A DNA stretch of 64,000 bases from Phoronis australis (GCA_002633005.1 NMRA01000004.1:1183793-1247792), one strand, 5' to 3'. Positions 26,752 to 40,865 are shown, counted from the first letter of the stretch. Numbers and translations are program-made. Notes: generated from the letters alone by a model not told the origin.

Positions 26752-27925
26752 GTATGTTGTGTGCCGACCACAGAATTTTAATCTCACTTTTGAGATATTG
26801 ACTGCATTTTTCGACACTTGTCTCCTAAAATAATGACAAGTACTCTTCTTTTCGTTGGCCATGTGCTTGTATCAAATTACCAAATTCTTTGATGATGTGA
26901 GCGGTATAGTGTTGTTTAAACTTGTTTCAACAGGGTAAAGAAATGTCTTAATGTTTGAAATAAAATAGTTTTTGCGTGACTGTCTTTGTGTGTAAAAGAA
27001 AAATTGTAAGAAAAAATTTAACCATATCTTTAATTAGTCTCTAGATTTTGTTGTGAAGTGTAATAATTATTGTTTCCGATATATTTAAAATTAGACAAAC
27101 GTGCGATTGGTTAGTTCAGTTGCAGTTGAGGTAAAAAGTTCTGAACATCCTGCGTGTTTTTCAAGTTACAGTCTCTAGCAAACAACCAAGCACACGCAAA
27201 CTCACAATCACTTACTTGCCCCCAGATTTCATTTGCCACTCAGAACTCATTGCCAGACTATGAAAACATTGCTAGTTGAAACCACTTGTCTCTGTGTGAA
27301 ACACTTGTGGTTTTTCTGGCGATACACACATCATATTACACCTCTTTAAACCTTGACAGTCAAATTAGATGTGGCTGATTTTTAATGTTTGTCATGAAAA
27401 ATACAAAGAGTTGCGCCCAGAAAGCTCTGGAAAGTATTATATCAGCTGATCTTTGATACTGCTCACTCTGCATTTTTGTTTAATATGAATCTCTTGTTGT
27501 TCATGGCCTTTGATGACCAACTCCTTCATGTTGCTTATGGGGATTCCATGTAGTTTGTCGCCAACGGTGACTCGTTTGTATTCTACAAGAGTTCTTACAC
27601 GATCAATCAATAAAATATTGAGATCGGCACGGCCAAGGAGGATTGTTCTGCCGAGACTTAATTTCCTCATGTCTTCCCAGTGATTTATAACAACGTCAGA
27701 TGAAATGAGATCAGAGAGGTTTCAATAATTGCCCATGACCATGTGGCTACTAGGATACTGTTGAGCAAGGGTTTCTTCAGTAGAATGACTGAAAGGGAGA
27801 CATTCATGGGATACAATCAAATCTTGCCTTGTGTAGCTCAAGGTAGATTATCAATAATTTGGGTACAATGCCATTAGTCTCTATTAATTAGATTCTGGTA
27901 ATATAGGCTTGTCAATAAAATGTTC

Positions 27926-28372
27926 TTTTGAGGTTTAGTGGGACCCTGTTGACAGATCTGCTTGTTTAGCCAAATATCTATAAAACCATTAATTTTAACT
28001 CAGTAAAAGTGTATATTTTTGGAAAGTAGAAAGCCTGGAAAATTTGGTTCTTAGCTTTTTACCAATCTGTCGTTGATTGGGTCGTGTGACCTTGTCTTTT
28101 TAGTAAAATTAGCAAAAAAAGAAAGGCACATTGATAGCGAAACAGCGGTATCAATGAGACCATCAAATCTTCTTTCAATTCAAGATGACATCTCAAAACC
28201 ACCGTAACAGTTTTCTGAAATATTTTGCTTTAATTTTATGCAACCTTTGGAAAACGATGCATAAAACAGTATCTGGAAGTTTCATATGAACGCCATTAGC
28301 CATTTCTGTTACATGATGTTTTGAAGTTAGCGAAAATTGTTTATTTTTATAGGGTCCTACATAGTCTTTTAA
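27926..28372 (+). mobile_element. Second member of the TTAA-GGTTAY MITE family
   Basis: Left gaggtttagtgggaccct and right agggtcctacatagtctttt are inverted. Internal blocks are shared with 25206-25691 and 21150-21450. Confidence 0.6.
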
Positions 28373-31300
28373 GGTTGGTGTCCCATTTTTGAAGAACTTT
28401 CATCTTTAATATGACTTGGTTTGCTTACCAATACATGCTCAATATTATTGCCATTCATCGAGAACAAATTTTCTGCCTACTAATGTACACATGGTAAATT
28501 ATGGATTTTTCCAGACAAAAGTTCTTGCCAAAATTGGCCTGTTTTCATTTTTCGAAGGTTTGTAAATCTCTTGCGTGAATACCTACAGTTTCTCCGAAAG
28601 ATTTTCTGATGGTAGCGAAGTTGTAGAATTTTAAATTCTAAAACATTTATTTGAAGCAATTTATCTTTTGAGGAAAACCTAGAAAATTAAATTTCAATGG
28701 TCTGCTGTATTGTGCCCTAAATTGGTGAGATGTGGGGTAGTTGTGTGATATCATTTGCAGGTAGTCAACTGAGAGTATAAACTGAATGTCCATTTTGTTT
28801 ATTGGGATGACAGTACTTGAACCAGAATATTTAGACATCAAAGTGTTTGTTATTGATTTGGACGTCCTTGGCCAATCCTTGGGTCTTGTTTTGTTTTTGC
28901 CCTCATTTTTTGACAATTCTTGGTCGAAAATTGAAATGTGCGATGGCTCTTGAGTTGGGGACTGACGGAAAAGCTGGAAAATGACAAAAATTAGTAATTT
29001 CCATGTATGGAAAATGAAAAAAAGTAAAAACTAAAGGAAAAATTTGTTAGACGAAATCATCGTGCGAGTGATATTGTGATCTGATACATTCAGTTAAGAA
29101 TACCTGCTGTACATGCTGTTTTTTGTGGGAAAGGTTTGTTTTGGAAACAAAAATATCATGGTAATCTCATGGACAATGAAAATTGTATGCTGGAAACGCA
29201 CGAAAGATGAAAGTTATTCCCAGGAAAATTCACGAAAAATGAACATTACATCCTGGAAAACTCATGGAAAATGAAATGTCCACCGTACGATTGGGAACCA
29301 TGAGGACAACGAAAGTTGATAGCCATTCTTTGTTGTGAAACTGTGTCAGATTTACAAATGGCAACACCTGCCAATTAAACTCTATTGTGCATGCTATTAA
29401 CCACATCCTTATAGGGAAACTATCTTTTTTCTGGAGTGTTATATTGCTGTTGTAGTGGTTGACTCATAGCTTTCTGTTGTCCATTCATTAAACATAGGTG
29501 TTTAAGATACAGGTAATGCAGGGTTGACACTCGTTAAACCGGAACTGGGAATTTAAAACAAAAATATATAAGTTCAAATTAAAACACAATATAGCGGAAC
29601 AATAAAAATTTCAATTGATCAAAATTTTAAACTAGAGTGAACTAGAAGACAATTTACTTAACTATTTGAAAATTTTATACAGTACGAATGTCATCAACAA
29701 ATACATTGAAATTTTTTGATGTTTTTTGACAATACAGCAAGCTTCCGAAAAATGAAAAAATGACAATTTTGACCATTATTTAACTTCACTGTATACCTTA
29801 TTTGTCCCTGTTAAAGCCCCCAACGCTTAAATCGGGAGATTCAAAAGTCAAATCTGTGCGTTAATCCAGCTGAGTACGTTACTTTCCTTAGATGAGAACT
29901 CTGAAATGATAGAAGGGTAATAGGCCGTGGAAATCTCATGGGAAATTGTATGAGATGAACATATTATTTCTCATTTTGTGGGTCACAACACTCGCCTCTG
30001 CTTTCAGTTGTGATTTACGACAATCGGTTACAAAAGTTTGTGGGGAAAATAAATCATGAAAAACGCTTGTAGAATTTATTAAAAAATTCTGCTAAGAATT
30101 AGGAATATTTGACTCGTGTTTTTAGCAAATTTTGGAGAAAAAGTAAGTCTTTAGAGAGAAGATATTGTTTTGTTGAACTTGTTGGCATTATTTCTGCGCC
30201 TTGCTGCGCATTGTTTGTTTGTGAATGGACTTCAGCCAGTTAGTGATGTCTACAACATGTATGAAGCAACACTCGTCCAGATTCGTTATATCGCCAGAAC
30301 TGAATGGATCCTAGATGAAAAGGCTTGTATGAAATATTGTTAATATGTTAAAGCCTCATTATAGTTCCACTCTGCTCTTGGGTATTTAAAAGCTGGTTTG
30401 GTTAATGTATTTTTAATTTCTTGCATAAAATGTATAGCGTTACCGTGACTTAGCTGCAAGATAATTAATAATTGTCAGATTGGTGGTTGACTTGAAAATT
30501 ATTTGTTTTGAAAGTGTTCATATAACAAAACGATCTCAAAACTGGAATTCATGTCGGGCTTCACTGGCGGGTTGCATGAAGCAATCCTAATTAGCGAATT
30601 CAGTTCATTACCTAAATCTGCTCGTTTGTCGACTTTATTTACGCATGAACTCATGTTTTTGTTATTAAGTTTTCTAATTATAGGTCTGAAAACTGAGCCC
30701 ATATTTCCATGAAAATAAACAGGAACTTATCCCTTAAATTAGGCCTCTTCCACGAAGGTACCTAATTATTTTCACTAATATTAAAAACCCCCGAGTAGTT
30801 TTGGCTCTCCTTATGAATCGAACCTAAAAATTGGCTTAGTAATGAAGTTGGATATATTGGAAGAAAGGGTAATGTTAGCTCGAATCTACGATAAGTGTGG
30901 AAATTTAGGAAGCATAGTTGAGTGCCTGTCTAGGACTGTGCAAGTTTAGGAATAGTGTTGTTTGTTTATGTTGATTAAAGACTAGGTCAGGGGAGTGCTG
31001 TGTTGCAGTTGTGCTGTGCTGACCATATCAATATTAGGATAGGGGAGCACTAATTCAGTCATCATTTTAGAAAGATGTGTATATGGATCATTTGGTCCAC
31101 AGAGGATCAAATCTATGGATCAGTGAGGAAGACCCATGGATTGTGTTGATATAATGATTATTTTCTGTTCGTTGTCGTCTCCAAGGGGGTTGGCATTTTC
31201 ATGTGCAGAATTTCATTTGCAATCAGATTAATCCGCAAAAATTGTCGTTCTGTTAGAATCTGAATCCAGTGTCTACTATTGGAGACCTAGTAAGGTGCGA

Positions 31301-34300
31301 TTAGGACACAATTTTAATGCACCTGTTGGCCAGAAGTAAAGCCATCGTAATGCGTCGATGAGAAATTGGATGCACCAGTAAGGTGGTACACAGTCCAAAA
31401 TTATCCATCCTTCCTTCGTGTCTATTTTCGTTGAGTTAGTTTCCACCTTGTTGAATGTCACAATATGAGGTCAAGAACTGCCCCGAGTTCAAGGTGTAGT
31501 TTGGAGAATGAAGTGTATGTCGAACAGGTATGCTAACATGCAGGACAATTTTTCTCAGAATCTCTCTGGAAGAGCTTATTTGGTCTTGGGCTTTCTCTCT
31601 CTGGCCTTAAGTAATTTGATTATTGGAGAATGTTTAGCTAATACAAACTGTCTTGGATTTCTGGCTCAGCGTAGGATTACCTGTGTCAAGTGGCCAGTTA
31701 CCGTGGTAACCGTCTTCTCACCATTTTTATAAAGATATCAGATGGCATTTCTCTTTTGTGTTATTGTAACTTTGTATGTAGAGTTGGGATATTTTACCTG
31801 TATTTTATGTATTCATAATTATGATTTTCTGATATCTGAATTTTTGATGCTTGGGCTACAATTCTCTGGTTTTATTCTTCCAAAAGATTTATGGTATTAG
31901 TCATATTTATGATACTCTGGCCTTTTTCACAATGTTATTCACGAGCCTGTTTAGTCTTCCTTTCACACTGTTGGCTTGTTGTTGTTTTTTGCTTTCTTCT
32001 GTTTCACAATGGGAATTCTGTTGTTGGAGAGACTCGTTAAATGTACTGTGATTGAATTATAGCTTTCACAAACTCAAATCTCCAGGTGGCAACAACAGTC
32101 AAATTACTCCTTCATTAGATTTGATCATGTCAATTACTCCTTCCAGAGTCGAGGTGACAGTAGTGACTGAAGCAGTGAAAGTAATAATGTAAGAACAACC
32201 TCAGTCCAAGGAAATTTTAATTATACTTCTAACCCTTTAATCAGATAGAGTTGTCAGTGCTGTACATTCCTCATTATAACTGTGCTTTGTTTTCTACGTA
32301 GGGTTGCGTGAGATCTATCAACAAGTCTGCATTTAAATATCTACAAAATTATTATAATTCACCTCATAGAAGTATAGCTTTTGTTATTGTAGAAAGCCTG
32401 TAGAAACTTGATTTTTTCACTTTATGACAATCTACCTTTTGTGGTGTCGAGTTGTGTTTTTTGTAAAATTTTCCCGAAACAAAGCTGCAGTCATTGCAAA
32501 ACAATGGTGGCTATGACATTTTTAAATATGTTCAAGATAAAATGTCAAAAATTTTGTTGTACTTTTTAATTGTCATTTCTTACTCATTTTTGCAACTTTT
32601 GATTTTTTATGTCAAAAGAATCGTAAAAACCACAATTTGTTTATCTCCTCTGGCAGAAGTGGAACAATTCAAAAGCAATTCCTGAGAGATTTTTAGACGT
32701 GTGCCCATAGTGGAGTGTTAAAGTACCATTTAAATCTGAAAATTTTGAGCATTTTTCTAAGGTCACGCGAGTATGAGGTCTCAAGTTGTTGGCAGTTATC
32801 AATTCATCGTCAATACCAGTCACTGTTTTGTCTCCCCATTTATGTGCAGTGTTGAGTATCACTGGGGGAATACACAGAGACCTTGCTTCATTTAAGATTA
32901 ACAAAAACGTACCGTGTTTTTTATTAATCTCAGTAGGCCTAAGGCTGAATATTTTTATTGAAATTGGTAACCATAACCGTATCATTTTTTGTCAAAACAT
33001 TGGTCTTGGCACGATTCGCGTTCAACATAGAATGGTTTCCCTGTAGAACTGTCTCTAGGAATCTGTTGTAGGTGGTTGATGTCAGTTTTACTGATAAGCA
33101 GTGTCTTTTGTGACAGCTCCCATTATGTTCAATAGATGCCCTGTTAGTTAATGAATCATTTTCAACCATGTAATACCCTGATTATCCATCTGATCCTGGC
33201 TTCAACAGCTACTGTATTGTGCAATGAGTATACTGTCATTAGTATGTGCCAATACACAAACATAAAACACACAAATAAAGTTAGGCTCAGCTCTGGTATT
33301 CCCCAGACTAATTATACAAATCAATTCACCTCTCTCTCCTCAATCTATACAGTCAGCCATAAAATCTGTGCTCTGGGCAGTTGTATATCCCTTGTGGGTT
33401 ATCATTTGTCTAGAATAATGTAATATAGTATGATAATGCATACCCATAACATATAAATGCTTTGTTTTCTTGTATCAGTGCTTTTTCTGTTGTTTTTCAA
33501 GGGATGTGAAGGGCCTTTGTCTGGGCAAACTTTGGATTCTTGGTACAAAGTATTGACTTTTCACATATATCTTTTTTTTCACAAACTGGCTAAAGTGCTA
33601 GGGTTTTGCCATCACAAAGGTAGCAAATTGCTGCTTTTACTGGTGATTTGAGCTACCCCAAAATTGTTGGCATTTTTACCAGCTACTATGTAACAGACCT
33701 CTCCTTTCATGTATGGGCATGGGCAAGGGGCCTTGTTTGTTGTTGCAGAGAATGAATGGGCTTTGATATTAGTTTTTGCTTAAAAGTGACCTGGGTGGTG
33801 TAGAAATGAACTAGCTGCCGAAGTCAATGACACCTTTACAGAAAGCTCTATCGTCCATCTGGCCAAAATATTCTCGTTCTTGCTGGACTTACCAACCAGT
33901 GGAACTGCTAGCGATTTTGCCACTCTTATGAACCTAGTTGAGTAAACACACTCATGGAGGGGTACTAGTAGATGCCCCCCTCCCCCCCCCCAAGTTAAAG
34001 GTCGTAATTTTGTATACTGTATTTAATGTAATTGTACTATTAATCAGCCATTTAGCCATAGATCATTCAATAGTAACTGATATCCAGTAATGTGTATTCA
34101 GCATGCAGTACAGCCAGGCTGTTTTGAGTGGCCACACAGTTACCCTTGGTTACATGTATTTTTGAGGACTGTTAGCAAGGCAATATTTTCTTTGGTTAAT
34201 AAGTAGTAAACAATATACTGGTGTTTGACCTCGTACATTAAAATTAATTAACTCAAAATCTAATGAATAAAATTCTTGCTGATATTGTGTACTCCACATG

Positions 34301-35155
34301 CGGACATGGTTTCATATTAAATACGCCAGATATTTTCATCATTGAGTTGGTTGCTTTTAACATGAAATAAAGGGCTTGAAATATAGACTTCCTGTAATTT
34401 AGTAACACGTTTGGCAACAATAAGCATAATAATGATAGGATGTTCACAAGGTGGCATTAGTGAGTTAGAACTAAGATCTTTACCAGCATGGCGGCCTTTG
34501 TGGGGTGAGGGGTTTCTCATATGACTAACTGAATGCACATTGTGAAGGTTTCCCATTCAATTTAATGTATCTGGGAACTGTTTTGAAGTTTTTAGGTAAC
34601 TTTACTGATGTCCAATTCTAAATCTTTCCGCGAGCAAGTTAAATGACCCTTCTTGAAAATATACACCAATTCACTTACATGCCCACCAGTTATTACATTT
34701 GATAAGTGTCTACCATAGATAACAGCTGCTTGTCGATATAGAAGCTTCAAAACAAAATATCCCCAAGTGTCTTTTTAATATCATCTTAAGCCAGTTTTTG
34801 TAGACTTGTGATAGCTAAATTTGGACACAATTTAGATAACGTAACATTTAGATTTTGAAGGTTTTAAGCGAAATGAAGTGTGGAAAGGGTAAGACAGTGG
34901 TGAGGTGGTTGTACTGAAAAGCAAATTAGTGATGGCCATGGCACTTAAAATTATGGTGATTTCTCAACAATTTTGGACAGAAATAGTCATTGAGATTGAC
35001 TATTTCCCAATTTTCTTTTGTTTGTAAGATACTTTCACTGCACACCATTTGTTTAACAGCTTGTGTGATAGTAGGTGTGGATCAGAACTTAAAAATGACG
35101 AAGCATTCATTTGGTGTTACATGTCTTTTATAACAAATGAAGTAAATTTCATTCA

Positions 35156-35222
35156 TCACAGGCAACAAAAGTTTCACTCCTCACAGGCAATAAAAATTTC
35201 ACTTGTCACAGGCAATAAAAAT
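35156..35222 (+). repeat. 25-bp tandem repeat, about 2.6 copies
   Basis: tcacaggcaa.aaaa.tttcact repeated. Confidence 0.85.
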
Positions 35223-35337
35223 TAACATTAGTTGTTCACCCTGGTGTATAGTCATCACCAGATTATTTGACAAGCTGTTGAAAGCATCTGTTGCTTTTCA
35301 TCCCAATTGACCAATACACCCAGTAGATGACCATTAA

Positions 35338-36441
35338 CTCTTTCACCTCCAAGTAACTGTCGGCCATTGTGTCCCTGAACCCCAAGTAACTTAGTACACA
35401 TGGGCTGAACTGAGGTGCTTGTTTTCAAAATTCCATAAACAATCCATTTATCATTGAATTTCAAAGTGTAATACACCAAAATGTAGAGAACAGAATGAAC
35501 TTTATCTACAAATTCACCAAAATTAAAAAATCCCACTCTCTCATGTGATGCAGGTAAGTAACACCTGAAATGCCGGTGTTTGTTTGCCAATTTGCCAATT
35601 CAATGTATCGTTTAAAGAATAAAAATGATTTATGAGTAACAGTGTCGTGAATATTCTTCAGTAAAATTTCTTAAGATACGTTTTTGATCACATTTCACAT
35701 CTTCTATTTACATTTGAAGTCCATAAAGTGACTTAAATTAGGCGATCGTTAAGTTCAACGATTCAAATTTGTCCACTTCCGGTTGTGACTCGCGCTTCCT
35801 TTGGGCCTTCAAATTAATTACCCTGACAATTTCACCGAATATTTCATCAATATAGAAATTTTTAAAGTACTCAACTTGCTTATCGTAACCATCGTAAACT
35901 CTAGAAGACTCCACATGTTCAGAAAATTTGCGAAGATGTCGGAGTTCAACGGCGTTTGTTTGACCCAATTGCGAAATTCGCGACCTGCAAAGTTTTCCTC
36001 CGGTTCAAAGCCATGTAATTCAACTTCTTTGTCGTAATAGTCAACAAAATCTGGCCAGATTTATAAGAATTCCTTTTTGGGTTATCTTGTATATTAATTA
36101 AGTAAAAAGTATACAAATTATTGCCAATTTCGTCATTTGAAAAGTCTACGTCTGAATCGCCGTCGGCCGACATTTTGTTTTCGCGAGTCATCGATCTAAA
36201 TTCTTGGAAAACCCCTTCAATAACTCACGTTACCTCTCAGCAACGAATCAGAAAAGCTGTTAGAAATGAAGGTAAGGCTATATTTAAATTTGTGACGTAC
36301 ACAAAAGAATTCCCCTAATCAACCAATCAAATATTCTGTTGCTTGGAAGTTCGGCATATCGTGAGACCGATAAAGCGGTCCACGGTGTTGAATGGAGGTA
36401 AGTTTCAGAGACCGCTTAAGCGGTCTGCGGTGTTGAAAGGG
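35338..36441 (-). mobile_element. Non-autonomous piggyBac-like element
   Basis: TTAA|ctctttca ... tgaaaggg|TTAA termini. Duplicated subterminal gagaccg.t.aagcggtc..cggtgttgaa at the right end. CpG-rich interior with a short acidic reading frame (MSADGDSDVDFSNDE). Confidence 0.55.
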
Positions 36442-37266
36442 TTAATCCCAACACATTCCTTATTTTTTAAGTCTTTTTAAATTAAATTCCATGTTAAGTG
36501 CAACTGCTGTGGAATAGCTTGATCCATAAAACACTGGCCACATCCTACTTTTGATTTGTTATTAATAAAATGAATGTGGTGGGCTTTAATTGCAACTGTT
36601 CACTCAAGCTGTGCGCTATTATTTCATGCCTATCATTTGTCATTGTTTTTTGTTGTCGTGTTTACTGACATAGTAAGATGCCTTTATAAGTTCATTTGTA
36701 ATGATTTTGTCTGCTGGCATTGGACGTTTTTCCCTTTTGAATATCAAAGTCAACAATAACATTTGATTGTTGATGCTTGCTAATAATGGAACGTCTGATA
36801 ACCACCATTAGCTATGTATTAGATGAATAATTAACGCAGGACATAACTATTCATTTGTCATCTGCATAATTGATGAGGCATTTAGCTTACACTGTAGAAT
36901 GTATGAAATAAATCTGTTGACAATAAATCTGTGCTCTGCCTAGCCTTGATTTTTGTAAGACTTGGCCTGAGCTAATTTCTTTTACATGATTAGTGAAATA
37001 AAATGAATAAAAGAATAACGGGCATATGTGTGTCTCAATGTATGATCTATCATTGTTTATGTTTGTCATTGAGTTCACTTTGTGAAATTTTTTGTTCTGT
37101 TGTTTGTTTATTCATATAGTTTAGCAAAGCAATAAATAAACTGATGCATGGAATTTCGTTTGTTATCAAGTTCACCTGCTTATTCACAGTTTTCTCGGCC
37201 ATGAGTCTGCTCCTCTCCACATGAGTTGCAGCCAGGATTTAATGTTTTGTTTTTTGTCTTTTCCAG

Positions 37267-37290
37267 GAAGTTGGCAGTATTATTGGGAAG
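37267..37290 (+). CDS. PCBP: PCBP coding exon 2, 24-nt microexon EVGSIIGK
   Basis: Long T-rich tract plus ttccAG; donor AAG|gtaagg. Peptide matches the PCBP KH1 segment EVGSIIGK. Phase 0/0. Too short for the ORF track. Confidence 0.95.
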
Positions 37291-37473
37291 GTAAGGGCAG
37301 TTTACATTAACCTTGTCAAAACAACGGAAGTGCTTCAGATTTCTGTTTCCTCTCAATCAAGTTTTAATAAGGCCTTGAGTTTTTTCTTGCCCATTGAAGG
37401 TTTTGGATCAACAGTGCTTCCCCATGTTGCCATCTTAAAGTGGAAGGAGTAATTTTTTAATAATTATGAGTTG

Positions 37474-37536
37474 TGTGAAATCAAACTCACTAATTCCACA
37501 TTATCAACCGAATGCTCTACCACTGAGCCAAAGCCC
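37474..37536 (-). pseudogene. Decayed tRNA-derived SINE head or tRNA pseudogene
   Basis: Minus strand GGGCTTTGGCTCAGTGGTAGAGCATTCGG...GAGTTTGATTTCAC: intact D-arm/A-box, degenerate B-box, no proper acceptor or anticodon stems. Confidence 0.55.
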
Positions 37537-40113
37537 ATGCATTAGGTATAAAGCAGATTTAAATGGTAAAGACACCGGCCTCGATTTCAGCGAATGTCTG
37601 GCAGACTACATCGAGAATTGGTGATATGTGAATTACAAAAACGAATGTTGTTTTATAACTCTGGTCAAAAACTGATAACTTTAAGAGGTATATCACGTCT
37701 GACGATAACTTGAAATGCCATAAAGTCACTTATAAGTCTTCCTGCTGAGGCATCAGCTTTATTGCTTGGACAATTTGGCCATCTCGCGCATCATCTCCAG
37801 GTTTCCAAAAATTTTAAAAATCAGTCTACCTCTGGATATGAGTTCAAGGAAGCCAGCCTTTCTCGTAAACGACATAGGTATTCGTACACAGCTGTGGTCA
37901 TTCTTCACAAGCGTATTTGTTCCTGGGAATAGAATGCTGTTCTTAGAAATGACCATTATGAAGAACTGTTAGCGGTGCCTGAGTAAAGAAAACAGCTTGA
38001 AGCAAAAGTATGTTTGTGAGAAAAGTACACTTAAAAGAACTCCTGGATGATTCGAATCACTACCGAGGGAGACTCTCGGTGACCCTATGGATTGGCATAA
38101 TCGTTTGTTCTTGTTCTGCAGTGTAGGTGGCAGTTGTGTTGAGATATTGTGAGCATTCACTTGTTTGTAACCGTCATTAACTCCAGGGTTAAAAATGCAT
38201 TATCGAAGTAAAACACTTTATTTGTTGCAAGGTGAATCTTAAGGGAACATACAATCCCTTGATGCAAATTTGTGCTCTCCGGCTCCTTTCACAGTCTGTC
38301 TACTCTCATTTAGTTTCATGCAGTAAAAGGCTGGTGTAAACTCTCTTTCTCCTAACCAGCTCTGCCATTACAACTCCTTTCCTATCCATGTCAATCTCAA
38401 CCCATGCCACTGTTTATCTTCCGTGATTACTATCCTATTGATTTTCCCCCCTGAGTCATGTGCTTAGAGCTCAAACTGTGATGTGCTACTTAGCTGCCAT
38501 CACTGGCTGGCAACTTCCTTGAAGAAGTCTAGGTATCGGGCAAAGTGGGGCCTGTGTCATGAAAAGTCAGTTAAGACTTAAGACAGAATTTTGGTCTTAC
38601 GGTACACTCCCACTTACACAATTGTTGAATAAAAGTTATATGCTAATGTATGTTAGCAAATCACAATCTAGGAATGATGTACCCTATACATATTATCTCA
38701 GTAACTAGAAGTCATAGGTGTGTTCTCATCAACTTTTGATTTTATTAAAGTGAGATTCGGTTATTTTTCATAAATAGTTGTGAGGAGCGTGAGGCCAAAT
38801 TTACGTTACTCTTTATGGTACACATCAGAAGGGTTTAATCTTTGTACTCAAACTCCAAATCATTTTCGATATTTCTGTTGTGCTTCAATACAAACTCAAG
38901 AAAAGTGTCCATAATTCTAGTTTGCAAACTTGAACTAGTAAGTTATCTAATGTAGTTGAGCTTTGGGTTTGAATGAAATCTAGGTGAAAATTTTTCAAAA
39001 ATAATTTTGACTTTGATTTCCGGTGCAAAGATTAGGGCTGAGGCCAAGCTATGCTTCATGTGGTTTCGTTATCATCATGCTAGCTTTCTTGAGAACTTTC
39101 TTTCAAAGGAGAGTGCCTGCCTATCAACACCTTATCATGTCATCTAGATCAAGCAATATATTTTGTACCTACAAAGGCCAATAGATTTGTACATGAACAG
39201 CTGGTGGATCTGTCAGGCCCACTAATCCAAGCTTTTGTTGTGTGGAGGACCACAATTATCACAAGTTAGCAATGATTCTACAGCAGTAAAACATTGGTTG
39301 AAATAAGCTGTAATATCACACACTGAAACTAGTGGTTGTCTCGACTTTTTGGCATCTCTGAAATTTAATTTCTTGTGAAAAATTATATGAGACGATCATT
39401 TTCCCAGAAGAAATGCGATAAAAATGGCCAATGATGAAATTGGAATTCAGTTTGTTGACCAGTATTTCAGTCAGGACAGAATTATTCAGTTTAAATTAAT
39501 ATATTCATCGTGGTGTACATGTTGTGATGATGGAGGCTTTGATCTGTAGTTGAAACTAAACTAAATTTCCCCTTGTTCAGACGTCGTATTATGTTCTAAA
39601 CTGGTGATATTCTGCTGTAATGACAGTTGGCAATGACATGGTTTAATCTCAATACGTTATTACATAGTATTTTATACAGTATCTTTATCTTAGGGTTGAG
39701 AATGCACCAATGTAAATTCACCTTCAGTAAAAAGTAGGATTTAAATTGCCTGTTACATAAGAGATTGCAATGAATATTGTGATTGATATTAGAAGTACAT
39801 TAGCACCAAGTACGTAGACAATTGGTTTGAGAAATATTACTTTGAAATTTTGCTGATTTTGTCCGGGGGGGGGGGGGGNGGGGAATATTCTGCCAATTCT
39901 CGTTAACTTATAACACTTGTTGGAACTATGCTGTAGGAAAATTGAGAATTAATTTCTCATTTACAATTGTGATTTACACTGACCGTGAATTTAATTGTCC
40001 AGTTTTGAAGCAGTATTGCTGTTCATTATTGGTATAACTTTTGCCAAGTACAGCTGGCTGCATCCAGCTGGCTGATAACCACATGTTTTTCTACACTGCT
40101 TTTGTTTTTGCAG

Positions 40114-40146
40114 AAAGGTGATAATATCAAAAAGTTCCGAGATGAG
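40114..40146 (+). CDS. PCBP: PCBP coding exon 3, 33-nt microexon KGDNIKKFRDE
   Basis: ttttgcAG acceptor, GAG|gtaggt donor. Completes the KH1 GKKG loop and resembles vertebrate KGESVKKMREE. Phase 0/0. Confidence 0.95.
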
Positions 40147-40325
40147 GTAGGTATAAACTAGTGTCTTCCTGTGTAAAGTTGAGGTAGGTATAAACTAGTG
40201 TCTTCCTGTGTAAAGATGAGGTAGGTATAAACTAGTGTCTTCCTGTGTAAAGATGAGGTAGGTATAAACTAGTGTCTTCCTGTGTAGAGATGAGGTAGGT
40301 ATAAACTAGTGTCTTCCTGTGTAAA
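40141..40325 (+). repeat. 5 x 37-bp tandem repeat containing the exon 3 splice donor
   Basis: Unit GATGAG|GTAGGTATAAACTAGTGTCTTCCTGTGTAAA, with only two substitutions among five copies. Confidence 0.97.
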
Positions 40326-40748
40326 GTTTGTGTTCCAATGTCAGAACTGTTATACCACAAATAGTGTTCCTTACACGGCTCTGTATGTTATTTTTGTTTG
40401 TTAATTTATTTATGCAGGTACCAAAAAATCTTCTTGCAGGTATTAAAAGTTTATTTCCAACTGTAATTCTGTTAGCGTTGGTAGTTACTGATTCCTTAGA
40501 AGTGCATCAAACCTGTACAATAGTCTTTAAGTTGGTCCTTTGTTAAAACTAGTACTGGGCTTGGGAACAACAGACAGTTGGTTATTTGTTCAAACCAATA
40601 AAACTACGGGTATTTTTAAGCTGTGACATACACGGGAACTATCGTGGCCGTTTAATCATGTTAAATGATGAAGTAATTGATCTGGCTGAATGGCATTGTA
40701 AACGATTGTTTGTGTCCATTATTTTCAGTATCGTTCTTTGTCTTCCAG

Positions 40749-40865
40749 AGCGGTGCCAAAATAAACATATCCGATGGATCATGTCCTGAACGAATAGTCA
40801 CAGTAACGGGCACGACCGAAACAATATACAAGGCATTCGATATGATTTGTAAAAAGTTAGAAGAG
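40749..40865 (+). CDS. PCBP: PCBP coding exon 4: SGAKINISDGSCPERIVTVTGTTETIYKAFDMICKKLEE (end of KH1)
   Basis: tcttccAG acceptor, GAG|gtatgt donor, 117 nt. Lies within ORF 40677..40931. Confidence 0.96.

Noticed and set aside
37474-37536. Functional tRNA gene
   Set aside because: Only the D-arm is intact; the T-loop, anticodon stem and acceptor stem are degenerate.
40141-40325. 37-bp repeats of CRISPR-like length
   Set aside because: Head-to-tail with no unique spacers, eukaryotic intron context, and no cas genes.
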